Of a stretch of 45,209 nucleotides of DNA, positions 18,588 through 28,256 are shown piece after piece. Position numbers and translations under genes: made by a program. The notes below the pieces were generated by a model, which saw only the letters and a program-made list of their open reading frames with translations, had not been told where the DNA came from and searched no databases. The stretch covers positions 1 to 45,209 of the forward strand of contig JBCCEA010000031.1 of assembly GCA_039030515.1 (NCBI GenBank). The letters are read 5' to 3'. Position 1 is the first letter of the stretch, and each line of letters opens with the position of its first letter. This DNA comes from Myxococcota bacterium. GTDB taxonomy: Bacteria > Myxococcota_A > Polyangia > Polyangiales > Houyiibacteriaceae.

Positions 18588-19880
18588 CTATTCCTCATCT
18601 GAAGATGCGTCCTGAGAAGCCTTCTCTTCAGGATCCGATAGACTCGCCTCGTCTGAACCCGAATAGTCCGTGGCCATCATATCGGTAGCCTGGGACGTTG
18701 CGGTTCGGCGATTTCCTCGGCCCAGCTTGAGGCGCCTCATGACCGCAAGCTTTTGCCTCTGTTTGTAGGCGTCGTGGCTGGCCGGGCCCATCTCGTTGTC
18801 TCGGTCATTCTGATGGTCCAGAATTTGGAACTCTGTCTGCGAAAAGATGACTGGACCCAATGCCCAAGCGGCTGGAGGGGCTGATCTCACCATCGCTTCC
18901 GGCAGACGAATCGGCATATCGACCACGAAATGGACGACTCGATAGCTAGATGAGCTGAACGCGTTCTCCATCTTGTTCGCTTCGTGATCTTCAAAATTAA
19001 CAGGAAACTGCGTCTGATGTGTCAATTTCTCTAGTGCGGGAAAAGAGTCGCAGAAGCTCCGAAAGTTGAAAATCGTATTGGTCGACTCGCCGGGAATGAC
19101 GTAGTTGAAAGGAAAAACGTGGTGCACCAAGTGCCGCAAAATCGCAAACACGTCATCTGGTTCTCGAGTAACGATGCGAAAGCGCAATTTGTCGTAAATC
19201 TGAGCAGCGGTGACTTCCGGTTTGCTCATCAACTTGGTGTAGAGCGAATCCTTATTCTTTCTGCCACCGATAAACTCGACTATGGGAAAACCGCGCGCGA
19301 GCATGTCTCCGATCACGCGATACACCTTTGTTTCTACCAGGTGAAAGACATCCTCATCGGATATCGGCAGTGTAAAGAGAAGCTCTCTAGCTTCCATGTG
19401 GTGAATCACGTGCATCACCTTCAAAATAGTGCACGCACAGAGCTGACGATGTCCCTTACCGGAGGCGAGCATCAAGAGGTCGGGGAGCGCCATCGTGGCT
19501 ACTGCCTTTGGAATCGGAAAGTCGAAGTTCCGACGCAAGTAGCTGATCGCTGCGTTTTTCACCGCCTCTGCGCGTGCCATATCGGCTGCCTCCTCAGGCG
19601 CGATTTCATGAGCACGCAGAAAAAGATGCACCTCCTCCATCCCCGAGAAGTTGAGCCGGTGCCAGTCGATGATGCTGCCGCCCCGCAACAGAAGTCGAAT
19701 CGCTTCTAGATCCGCAAGGGAGTAGTCTTCAAACGAGCGTCGTGCAGCCGACGGTATACTTCCGAAACGGGAGGTTGATGCGGTAGGCCATTCCGAGAAG
19801 CGATCGTCGGGCAGTTCCGACGGAGGACGACTTCCAGGCGGAGGTCTATTCGAGGGTGGACTACTGGAGGGCGGAGTCAC
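18588..19880 (-). CDS. TIGR04552-like protein with RelA/SpoT synthetase-type nucleotidyltransferase motifs
   Basis: DLEAIRLLLRGGSIIDW N-terminus, then GRKNKDSLYTK, IYDKLRFRIV, YRVVH, EFQI and EMGPASHDAYK. The GTG start at 19880 overlaps the upstream TGA. Confidence 0.8.
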   Translation of the reverse strand: MTPPSSSPPSNRPPPGSRPPSELPDDRFSEWPTASTSRFGSIPSAARRSFEDYSLADLEAIRLLLRGGSIIDWHRLNFSGMEEVHLFLRAHEIAPEEAADMARAEAVKNAAISYLRRNFDFPIPKAVATMALPDLLMLASGKGHRQLCACTILKVMHVIHHMEARELLFTLPISDEDVFHLVETKVYRVIGDMLARGFPIVEFIGGRKNKDSLYTKLMSKPEVTAAQIYDKLRFRIVTREPDDVFAILRHLVHHVFPFNYVIPGESTNTIFNFRSFCDSFPALEKLTHQTQFPVNFEDHEANKMENAFSSSSYRVVHFVVDMPIRLPEAMVRSAPPAAWALGPVIFSQTEFQILDHQNDRDNEMGPASHDAYKQRQKLAVMRRLKLGRGNRRTATSQATDMMATDYSGSDEASLSDPEEKASQDASSDEE

Positions 19881-20092
19881 CGACGTGCCGAGGCGGAACG
19901 TTCCGACGTGGCTTGTTCGGCCGAACGACCCAAGGACAGGGTGCCAAAGAAAATACCTATGGTGACCCCGAGTACGATGAGATTTCCCCAAGCTGCGCCG
20001 CTACAGCCGGCAAAAAGTGGACAAGCCATCAGCAGACCCGTGCTCGAGGGACGAGCAAGAGCAGCGATGCGGAATGAAGCGTTTCGTATCAT
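19877..20092 (-). CDS. Small membrane (possibly lipo-) protein
   Basis: GAGG RBS, LFAGC lipobox-like motif, TM segment NLIVLGVTIGIFFGTLSL, and GTGA overlap with the downstream gene. Confidence 0.6.
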   Translation of the reverse strand: MIRNASFRIAALARPSSTGLLMACPLFAGCSGAAWGNLIVLGVTIGIFFGTLSLGRSAEQATSERSASARR

Positions 20093-20330
20093 GTTTCCTC
20101 GGGAGTGAGCCGCATCTACGGACCGGCCTCATCGAAAAAGCGCATAGCAAACCTACACGCAGCGCCGGATGCTCTACGCGACGAACGTATCGCGAAGAAG
20201 CCATGTACACCTAAAGCCTACATGGAAGCCGACTTCGGTCAAACTTCTAACAGAAACCAAAGATGGCGACCAGACGAGGTTTTCCAACCAAGTCTTGCGA
20301 AGAATCTCAAGGCATGGGAACTACTGAACT

Positions 20331-22703
20331 ATGAACGACGGCGCTTCCACCATGCCCTCGATTGAAGTGGCCATTTTGCCGCTGAGAAATTCGGTGCTCT
20401 TTCCGGCCTCCGTCGTCCCGGTCAACGTTGGTCGTTCTCGCTCCGTCCGACTTATCGAGATGTGCAGCGAGAGTGAACGGCCGACGGTTGGCGTTATCGC
20501 GCAAAAGAAGTCGGAAACTGAGGATCCTTCATTCGACGAGACCCATTCGATGGGAACTCTAGCGAGGGTGCTCAAAGTGATTCGACTAAGTTCCGGCAAC
20601 TATAGCGTGGTGCTGCAGGGACTCGGCCGGATACGAATTGTCGAGCCGATTCAGCTCGATCCCTACATGAAGGCTCGAGTCCTGCGAATCCCCGAGGCGA
20701 CTGCCCGCGGAATCGAAATCGAAGCGCTCTCTGAGCATTTACGCACGGCTGCGCGACGCCTGTCCGACCTGTTACCCAACCAGAACCGAGAATCTTCAAC
20801 CAGTCTGGACAACGTGCAAGATGCGGGAGCGCTTGCAGATCTGGTCGCATCAAATCTCCCCGTATCGAATTCGGCAAAGCAGGAAGTCCTCGAGGCGCTC
20901 GACGTACGAAGCCGCCTTCGAAAGGTTCACGATCTTGTGGACCGTCAGGGCGAGGTCTACCGGGTCAAGAAAGAGATCTCCACCATGGTCTCAGAGGAAA
21001 TGAGCCGATCTCAGCGAGAGTACCTACTGCGGCAGCAGATGAAGACGATCAAGCGTGAACTCGGCGAAGCCAGCGATGACGAGGACGAGATCGAACAGTT
21101 TCGGGAAAAGATCGCGTCCCTCGACATTCCGAGCGAGGCAGAGCGTGCCGCGCGAAAAGAACTCAAGCGGATGTCTTCGATGTCGAGCGCCAGCGCTGAA
21201 TATCAGGTGGCGCGAAATTACGTCGAGTGGATCTCCGATCTCCCTTGGAAAAAGAGCACGCCCGACCGGCTGGACGTCGGGGAGGCTCGTCGCGTTCTCG
21301 ACGAAGATCATCACGGACTGGAGCGACCGAAAAAACGGATCCTTGAATATATCGCGGTTCGCAAACTCCGATCCGATGTGCGAGGTCCGTTGCTGTGTTT
21401 CGTGGGTCCACCCGGAGTGGGTAAGACATCCCTTGGGCGCTCGATCGCTCGGACCACCGGACGTGAATTCGTTCGTGTTTCTCTCGGAGGAGTGCAGGAC
21501 GAGGCGGAGATAAGAGGTCATCGACGCACCTACGTCGGCGCATTTCCAGGACGCATCATCAGTGGACTCAAGCGCGCGGGAAGTCGGAATCCAGTCATGC
21601 TGCTCGATGAAGTGGACAAGCTGGGTACGGACTATCGAGGAGATCCCGCAAGCGCGCTTCTCGAGGTTCTTGATCCTGAACAAAATTCGGAGTTTGTCGA
21701 CCACTACATCGATGTCGCTTTCGATCTAAGTCAGGTCATGTTCATCGCCACCGCGAATCGAAAAGACACGATTCCGGCGCCTCTACTCGACCGTATGGAG
21801 CTTATTGAACTTCCCGGTTACACCATTGAAGAAAAGCACGCGATCGCTCAGCAGTTCCTGATTCCCAAACAGCTGAGCGAGCACGGCATGACGCCTGAAC
21901 GCCTCGAGTTCCCCGACGAAGGCGTCAACTTTATCGTGGACCAATATACCCACGAAGCCGGGGTACGCAGTCTCGAGCGGCGTATCGCAAGCGTATGCCG
22001 ATCCGTTGCGGTTCGAATCGCGGAAGGCGAAGACGATGTTCATGTCATCGCGGACCCTCCGCGTGTCGAAAAAATTCTGGGCCCTCCCAAGAGCACCAAG
22101 CAGGAAGCTGAGCGCAGCCCTCGGGCGGGATTGGCGATCGGTCTCGCTTGGACCGAAGCGGGCGCAGACCTCATGCTCGTGGAATCGAGCCGTATGAAGG
22201 GGACTGGCAAGATTCACCTCACCGGGCAGATGGGGGATGTCATGAAGGAGTCGGTCCACGCGGCATTCACCTACATTCGTGCAAGGTCCGATAAGCTGGG
22301 ACTCGCGCCAGACTTCCTCTCCAAAATCGACGTCCACGTGCACTTGCCGCAAGGCTCGGTCCCCAAAGATGGCCCCAGCGCAGGCATCGCTGTATTTGTA
22401 TCGCTTGCATCGATGCTCACCCGACTCCGTGTCCGGCCGGACGTAGCGATGACCGGCGAGGTGACGCTGCGCGGAGCCATCCTCCGCGTAGGTGGGGTCA
22501 AGGAGAAATGCCTCGCTGCGCGTCGAGCAGGAATACGCACGGTTCTGGTTCCAAAGCTCAACGAGCCAGATTTAGATGAAGTTCCAGAAGAGGTTCTCCG
22601 AGGGATCGAGATCAAACTTGTGTCTCGTATCGATCAGGTTCTCGCCTTGGTACTCGAGGATCCAGTCGCAGTTCAAACGACCGGCACGGCCATTCCGGCT
22701 TAG
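20331..22703 (+). CDS. lon: ATP-dependent Lon protease (endopeptidase La)
   Basis: LPLRNSVLFP Lon-N, Walker A GPPGVGKT, IRGHRRTYVGA, LLDEVDK, catalytic PKDGPSAG and GGVKEK. Confidence 0.97.
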   Translation: MNDGASTMPSIEVAILPLRNSVLFPASVVPVNVGRSRSVRLIEMCSESERPTVGVIAQKKSETEDPSFDETHSMGTLARVLKVIRLSSGNYSVVLQGLGRIRIVEPIQLDPYMKARVLRIPEATARGIEIEALSEHLRTAARRLSDLLPNQNRESSTSLDNVQDAGALADLVASNLPVSNSAKQEVLEALDVRSRLRKVHDLVDRQGEVYRVKKEISTMVSEEMSRSQREYLLRQQMKTIKRELGEASDDEDEIEQFREKIASLDIPSEAERAARKELKRMSSMSSASAEYQVARNYVEWISDLPWKKSTPDRLDVGEARRVLDEDHHGLERPKKRILEYIAVRKLRSDVRGPLLCFVGPPGVGKTSLGRSIARTTGREFVRVSLGGVQDEAEIRGHRRTYVGAFPGRIISGLKRAGSRNPVMLLDEVDKLGTDYRGDPASALLEVLDPEQNSEFVDHYIDVAFDLSQVMFIATANRKDTIPAPLLDRMELIELPGYTIEEKHAIAQQFLIPKQLSEHGMTPERLEFPDEGVNFIVDQYTHEAGVRSLERRIASVCRSVAVRIAEGEDDVHVIADPPRVEKILGPPKSTKQEAERSPRAGLAIGLAWTEAGADLMLVESSRMKGTGKIHLTGQMGDVMKESVHAAFTYIRARSDKLGLAPDFLSKIDVHVHLPQGSVPKDGPSAGIAVFVSLASMLTRLRVRPDVAMTGEVTLRGAILRVGGVKEKCLAARRAGIRTVLVPKLNEPDLDEVPEEVLRGIEIKLVSRIDQVLALVLEDPVAVQTTGTAIPA

Positions 22704-22833
22704 TTTCCTCACCCGACTTAGCTTCTCTACTTAGAGTGTCGGATCGACGGACCGTCTCTCTAATCGGAGCGCTCGACGCGGAGTATGTCGATGTCTCAAT
22801 CCGCTCCGGCTCAGAGAGGATAATCCCTAGCTT

Positions 22834-25143
22834 ATGCTCCGCCAGCTCCTTGCTCTGCGCTCGCTTCAATGTTCTCTCACTATCGGGGCTGCCGGCGCTT
22901 TTCTTCTTTGTATGAATCCTTTGCTCGGGCTTCACGGCGTAGAGAGTGCCCTAGCTTTTGGTTTGTTCCTGCCCGCGATGGGGGCGGCAACGGGTGCGCA
23001 TCAGGTCGTTGTACGTCGACGGCGAAGTCTTCAGTACCCCACACTGACGCGTGTTCAGGAAGCGTTTGGTTCTTCGCTGCTTCTATGGTCCGTGCCCACC
23101 TGCGTATTGGCCCTGAATGCTTTTCGATTTCGCCAATGCAGTCCGTGGTTGGGATTGACATTCATGGCGATGGGACCGCTGCTGGGAATAGCGCTGGCGG
23201 TCTTTGTTGGACAGGCTATCGCCCTTTTTGGTTGCCGCCTCGGTCGCGCTGTTCTCGGGCTTGCTGCGCTCGTTCCTTTGCTGTCCATCGCTTTGGAACT
23301 TGAACAGCTGTACAACTCCCCGGGCATCTTTGCTTTGGATCACTTTGCAGGATTTGCCCCTGGGACGATCTACGACGAAGGAGTGCAGATCCCGGAGGCC
23401 TACCTTACTTTCCGCGCAACAAGTATGGTTCTCATCGCGTTCGTAGTTCTCGTCACCGATGTGGCCATCGATCCTGTATCCCTCTCTCTGCGATTGCACC
23501 GAGTTCGCGCTGCGCCTTTTCGAGTGCTTGTTCTGCTCCTGTCGGCCGCGTGTCTCGCAGCATGCACCAAGTTTGGCGCAGAGTTAAATCACGTCAGCGA
23601 TGCGGCATATATCGCGAAGACCCTGGGGCGCACTTTGGATGGAGCTCGATGCATCATTCATGTGCCGCGCGAGACGTCGAGCCGAGACGCTGAGCGCCTC
23701 CTACAAGACTGCGAGTTTCGGGTATGGCAAGCAGAAGCTCGTCTCGGAGTGTCCAAGCGAGAGCCCGTAATCGCCTATTTTTTCAGGAACAAGGAAGAAA
23801 AACGAAGGCTTATGGGCGCTAGTCGAACCTATATCGCCAAGCCGTGGCGTCGTGAGATTTACCTTCAACAACGTCCGTGGCCGCACCCGGTCCTCGCGCA
23901 TGAGGTGGTCCACATCGTTGCCGGTGAATTTGGACGAGGACCTTTTCGCATCGCGGCGACGCTGGGCGGCCTTCTGCCCAAGTTCGGATTGATCGAAGGT
24001 GTTGCCGTTGCAGTTGCTTGGGATCTGCGCGAACAGTTGACGCCCCATGAGTGGAGCAAAGCCATGTTGGAACTGGGCAGTTTACCTGACCTCGATCAGG
24101 TGATGGGGCTCCGTTTCGGAACTCTCTCTGCGCGGCGGTCCTATTCGGCATCGGGCTCGTTTGTTCGCTTTTTGCTCGATACGGAAGGCGCTGAAGTCGT
24201 CCGGCACGCCTACCGGAGCGGAGATCTAGAGGCTGCTACCGGCGCGTCGATAGCAGAGCTTCAGAACCGCTGGCAGGTCTTTCTGCAGTCGGTTCCGCTT
24301 TCTGAGGATGGCAAAGCCCGCGTCGCCGCAGCGCTCAGTCGACGCAGCATCTTTGGGGCGATCTGCCCTCATAAGATCGCCAACCTACGCGAGCAACTGC
24401 GAGCGGAGGTCGCTGCAGGCGATGCTGCTGAAGTGCAGAATACGTGCGAGCAAATCTTAGGATTCGATGAGTCCGATCTCTGGGCCCGCGTCACTTTGGT
24501 AGGGGCGCTTGCGAGACTCGGCGATCGCGATCGCGTTCAGCGTGAGCTCAAACGGCTCGAGGATGAACCTGCCATATCTCAAATGATGGCGATGGAGCGT
24601 GTCGGAGACGCTGCTTGGGCGCGTTCCGAACTCGGATCAGCCCTGGAGAACTATCAGACCTTGCTGCGCGCATCGCCGCCCTACAGCATGATGCGTCGTC
24701 TGGTAGTGAAGCAGGAGGCGCTTAATCACGGGGGAAGACAAGCTGAGATCGTCTATGAGCTGCTTGCCGAACCGCGCAGAGTGCCCGCTCCCGTCGCGAT
24801 CCACCTCGTACGGGAGCTTGCCGAGATTCGAAGCGACGGACTTGCGCCCTATCTAGAAGCTCGGCAGTGGCGTTTGGTTTCGCGCTACGACCTAGCTCTC
24901 GAGGCCACCAAAGATGCGCAGCACCGAGGTTTGCCGCACCCGTCGCTCACGTTAGAAAACCTCAAGCTTCGCGCGCGATCCTTCTTCGCTCTCGGTCGCT
25001 ACCGCCTCAGCGCTGATGCGTGGTCAGAAGTTCGAGAGCATGGATCATCCAGAGCTGCCGACCATGCGGAAGCGAAAGACTGGATTGAACGGGCCAAAAG
25101 AGCCTTAGTCCACGAACGCGAACAAAAATCCAGTGTTCGCTGA
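22834..25143 (+). CDS. Multi-pass membrane protein with peptidase MA-like HExxH domain and helical/TPR-like C-terminus
   Basis: Several N-terminal TM segments, VLAHEVVH followed by GLIEGVAVA, and an Ala/Leu-rich helical tail. Confidence 0.7.
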   Translation: MLRQLLALRSLQCSLTIGAAGAFLLCMNPLLGLHGVESALAFGLFLPAMGAATGAHQVVVRRRRSLQYPTLTRVQEAFGSSLLLWSVPTCVLALNAFRFRQCSPWLGLTFMAMGPLLGIALAVFVGQAIALFGCRLGRAVLGLAALVPLLSIALELEQLYNSPGIFALDHFAGFAPGTIYDEGVQIPEAYLTFRATSMVLIAFVVLVTDVAIDPVSLSLRLHRVRAAPFRVLVLLLSAACLAACTKFGAELNHVSDAAYIAKTLGRTLDGARCIIHVPRETSSRDAERLLQDCEFRVWQAEARLGVSKREPVIAYFFRNKEEKRRLMGASRTYIAKPWRREIYLQQRPWPHPVLAHEVVHIVAGEFGRGPFRIAATLGGLLPKFGLIEGVAVAVAWDLREQLTPHEWSKAMLELGSLPDLDQVMGLRFGTLSARRSYSASGSFVRFLLDTEGAEVVRHAYRSGDLEAATGASIAELQNRWQVFLQSVPLSEDGKARVAAALSRRSIFGAICPHKIANLREQLRAEVAAGDAAEVQNTCEQILGFDESDLWARVTLVGALARLGDRDRVQRELKRLEDEPAISQMMAMERVGDAAWARSELGSALENYQTLLRASPPYSMMRRLVVKQEALNHGGRQAEIVYELLAEPRRVPAPVAIHLVRELAEIRSDGLAPYLEARQWRLVSRYDLALEATKDAQHRGLPHPSLTLENLKLRARSFFALGRYRLSADAWSEVREHGSSRAADHAEAKDWIERAKRALVHEREQKSSVR

Positions 25144-25184
25144 TATGTCGATCTGTCGGATCAGAGCTATTTATCTCGAGCGAT

Positions 25185-25757
25185 CTAGCTGCCGGTGCCG
25201 CGCACCACAAAACGGAGGTCTTTGAAGCCGCACTGCCCAAGAGAGTAGATAATCTCCGCAAGTGTTCGAAACGGGGTCCGTTCGTCCGCAATCAACTGGA
25301 TCTCACCGCGAAACGGACGGGAAGGATTTTGTTGAGCGATCTGCTTTTTGAGATCGGCCACCGCTTGGGCCTTGCGGTACAGAGGAGTGATTAAAAACCC
25401 GTTGCCGCCACCCTGCTTGTCACTTGAGTCGACCCGGCCACTTCTCAGCGTGAGAACTTCGTCACCATCCACCACGATTCGGTTTCGTGAGATCTGTACC
25501 GACAAGGCTTCGTCTAGCTGCGCCTCCGAAGTGGAATAGGGAATGCGGAGTTCTTCGCTTTCTACGATCGCCGATGCCGACGAGGAGGCAAACTGCATGA
25601 TGAGGAAGACGAGTAGAATCACCATCATGTCCATCATCGGATAGATGTTTAGGAAGTGCTCCTCGTGCTCAGGTTGTTTGCGGATTTTACGTCGAACCAC
25701 CGACTTTACCTGAGCCATGCTGTAGGGACGGTCGTCCTCTTCTTCCGTGTTCGACAC
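25185..25757 (-). CDS. ExbD/TolR family protein
   Basis: LNIYPMMDMMVILLVFL TM with the conserved Asp, and IADERTPF. Confidence 0.9.
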   Translation of the reverse strand: MSNTEEEDDRPYSMAQVKSVVRRKIRKQPEHEEHFLNIYPMMDMMVILLVFLIMQFASSSASAIVESEELRIPYSTSEAQLDEALSVQISRNRIVVDGDEVLTLRSGRVDSSDKQGGGNGFLITPLYRKAQAVADLKKQIAQQNPSRPFRGEIQLIADERTPFRTLAEIIYSLGQCGFKDLRFVVRGTGS

Positions 25758-25795
25758 CGCGCGCCTCCCTTACTTCGTCGCTTCCATCAAGACGG

Positions 25796-26356
25796 TCACC
25801 GAACCCCAGCCGAGAGCATTACGTCAGGAAACAACTCGTTTTCACCCTGATTTCGAATCGCGTCCATTGCGCCGACCAAGTGTTGAAACTCGACGAGCTG
25901 ATCTGCACTTACCGTGACCTGCGTCTCGTCCGGGAACTGCTCTTTCACTCGAGCGACGCAGGTGGTGAGTGCCTCCCAATCGTATGAACCGTCAGACTTT
26001 TTCGGTACCGTGAGCACCCGGCCACCGGCGGTATTCTCACATCCGGGTGCCAGCTTTCCCCCCGAACCGGCAACGATTACCCCGTTTTCAGTGACGGTCA
26101 CGTTTAGATTAAGCTGCTCTGCTGGATTCGCAGCGCGGGAACCCACTCCCCCTCGGCGATACTGCGGTAGCTGGGCAGCGACCTGCGAGAAGAACGCCAC
26201 CGTCGAGCTGGCGATGAGCAGGAACATGATCAGATTCACGGTGATGTCTAAGAACGGGATGATGTTCAACTCACCGACCATTTCCGACGGATCTGGTTCG
26301 CGGAACTTGGTTCGCTTGCGGATGTAGTTCCTCTGTTGAGAGGTTAACTTGGGCAT
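25796..26356 (-). CDS. ExbD/TolR family protein
   Basis: ELNIIPFLDITVNLIMFLL TM with the conserved Asp, and LVGAMDAIR. Confidence 0.9.
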   Translation of the reverse strand: MPKLTSQQRNYIRKRTKFREPDPSEMVGELNIIPFLDITVNLIMFLLIASSTVAFFSQVAAQLPQYRRGGVGSRAANPAEQLNLNVTVTENGVIVAGSGGKLAPGCENTAGGRVLTVPKKSDGSYDWEALTTCVARVKEQFPDETQVTVSADQLVEFQHLVGAMDAIRNQGENELFPDVMLSAGVR

Positions 26357-26361
26357 CGAGT

Positions 26362-26991
26362 TCAGCCCTTATTGCGAAGCGTCAGCAAGTTTTCGAGCTT
26401 CATCGTGGCCTTTTCAAGCTCCATTTTCTGCTTTTTGGCCATGCCGTGCAGAATCAAATGGGCGATCATGCAGATCACCGCGATGCCCAGTCCTAAAGCG
26501 GTATTCCACATCGCCTCCGAAATGCCGGCTGCGAGCATCGACTGCTTCTGTGCCGGATCGTCGATCGCACCGACCGCCTTGAAGGCGACGATCAGTCCCT
26601 TAATGGTCCCCAAGAGACCGATCAGGGTTGCGATATTTGCGAGTGACCAAAGCGCACCGATTCTCTTCTCCAGCTCTGGAAGCACCTCGCTCATGCGCTC
26701 TTCCATCGACGCGATGACGGCTTCTTCACCTCGGTTCACCTGAGTCAGACCGCTTTTGACGACCTGAAGGAGGGGCAGAGGAGCCGCTTCGCAAAGCTTA
26801 ATAGCTCGATCGATATTGCCCGCCTGAACGAGCTTTCGAATCTGAGCCATGAATTCTCGGCTATTCACACGATACTTCGTGAGGATAAAAACCGCTCGGT
26901 CGGCGATAATCGCAAGAGAAAGGGCCAGAACAAATATGTTGATGAATGAAAATGGTGCGCCCTCGGCCAACGCATGCCAGATCTGCTGCAT
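26362..26991 (-). CDS. MotA/TolQ/ExbB proton channel
   Basis: ATLIGLLGTI and GISEAMWNTALGL motifs. AAGGAG RBS. Confidence 0.92.
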   Translation of the reverse strand: MQQIWHALAEGAPFSFINIFVLALSLAIIADRAVFILTKYRVNSREFMAQIRKLVQAGNIDRAIKLCEAAPLPLLQVVKSGLTQVNRGEEAVIASMEERMSEVLPELEKRIGALWSLANIATLIGLLGTIKGLIVAFKAVGAIDDPAQKQSMLAAGISEAMWNTALGLGIAVICMIAHLILHGMAKKQKMELEKATMKLENLLTLRNKG

Positions 26992-27132
26992 TTGCGAGCT
27001 CCTTATTACAGTGGCTCATGTTCGCTAAGATAGTGCACATGATTCATAAAACACTTAAGAGTGCACGAAGTCAGCATAGCGGAGCTTCGACATAAGCGAT
27101 TGAAATCATGGCCTTATTCGACGTTCGTGAGC

Positions 27133-27162
27133 ACGGTAACCCACGAAGTTTAGGGTTGTCAA
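27133..27162 (-). promoter_or_regulatory. Candidate sigma70 promoter, leftward motor operon
   Basis: TTGACA-N18-TACCGT, ~140 nt upstream of the ATG at 26991. Confidence 0.45.
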
Positions 27163-27412
27163 CGGAACAGCGGATGGGCCCGCGCAACCCCCCGAGCCAC
27201 GTAAGAGGTGGTACCACAAAATCTCAAGTTCGCGCAGCACCGAAGTGCATCGAAATCGTTCCACCTAACCAACTACGGACTTCGAGGCGCTTCAATGCGC
27301 TGTCTGGCAGGCCGCATAAAGTCCCGTTGAGACTTAAGGGCTCAGAAACTCTAGAGGGGGTCAGGAACACTTCAGCCGTTCTCGGAGCGGTTCTTCGATG
27401 CAGGGATCGATA

Positions 27413-27440
27413 TTGACTTGTCACGACGCCTCGATATTAT
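27413..27440 (+). promoter_or_regulatory. Candidate sigma70 promoter, rightward motor operon
   Basis: TTGACT-N16-TATTAT, ~150 nt upstream of the ATG at 27590. Confidence 0.5.
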
Positions 27441-27589
27441 GACCTTCGCTTTATTCTAGCCGTACAAAAGACTCGTGAAATCGCAAGCGTTCGGTCTGGA
27501 ATGAGCGAGCGGTCCAGATTTGGCCGACAGGCTGGGGTGGTCGCTTGGTCAAGGTTTGAATTGCGGTTTCTAGGGGAGGAAGAGTCGCG

Positions 27590-28240
27590 ATGTCAGCAGC
27601 TTGGCACCACTTTCAGGAGGGCGGATGGGCCATGTGGATCATCCTGTTCTTCCTCTGTATCGCCATCGGCGTAATCGTAGAGCGAGCCGTCTACCTCTAC
27701 AAAAGCTCGATCAATAAAGACGTGTTTCTAGCGACTATGCAAAAATGCATTCTCGCAGGGGATATCGGGCGAGCCATCAAGTTGTGTTCTGCCGCAAACG
27801 CTCCGCTGGCTAGAATCGTCAAGTCTGGCCTGATGAAAGTGAACCGGCCCGACTCTGAAGTTCAGGCCGCAATGGACGAAGCAGCGCTACGGGAACTGCC
27901 TAAGATCGAGACGCGAACGGGCTATCTCGCATTGCTCGCCAATCTCGCGATGCTGTCGGGTCTCTTCGGTACGGTGGTGGGACTGATTACGGCGTTCGGT
28001 GCGGTGGCCAATGCGGACGCCTCCTCCAAAGCGGTGATGCTCGCACGAGGCATCTCCGAGGCGATGAACTGCACCGCATTTGGACTGCTCGCAGCGATCA
28101 CTGCGCTACTCGGGTTTGCCCTGCTCAACGGAAAAACCCAGGGGCTGATCGACGATATCAACGCCGCTACCGTGCAGGTGATGAACTTAGTCGTGAACAA
28201 TCGTTCGAAGGTCCAGCTTCCAGGTCAATCTTCGGGTTGA
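27590..28240 (+). CDS. aglR: MotA/TolQ/ExbB proton channel, AglR-like
   Basis: AMLSGLFGTV and GISEAMNCTAFGL motifs, first gene of a TolQ-TolR-TolR triad. The family is secure; the symbol is by similarity and context. Confidence 0.7.
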   Translation: MSAAWHHFQEGGWAMWIILFFLCIAIGVIVERAVYLYKSSINKDVFLATMQKCILAGDIGRAIKLCSAANAPLARIVKSGLMKVNRPDSEVQAAMDEAALRELPKIETRTGYLALLANLAMLSGLFGTVVGLITAFGAVANADASSKAVMLARGISEAMNCTAFGLLAAITALLGFALLNGKTQGLIDDINAATVQVMNLVVNNRSKVQLPGQSSG

Positions 28241-28256
28241 GCATACGGATCTCTTC

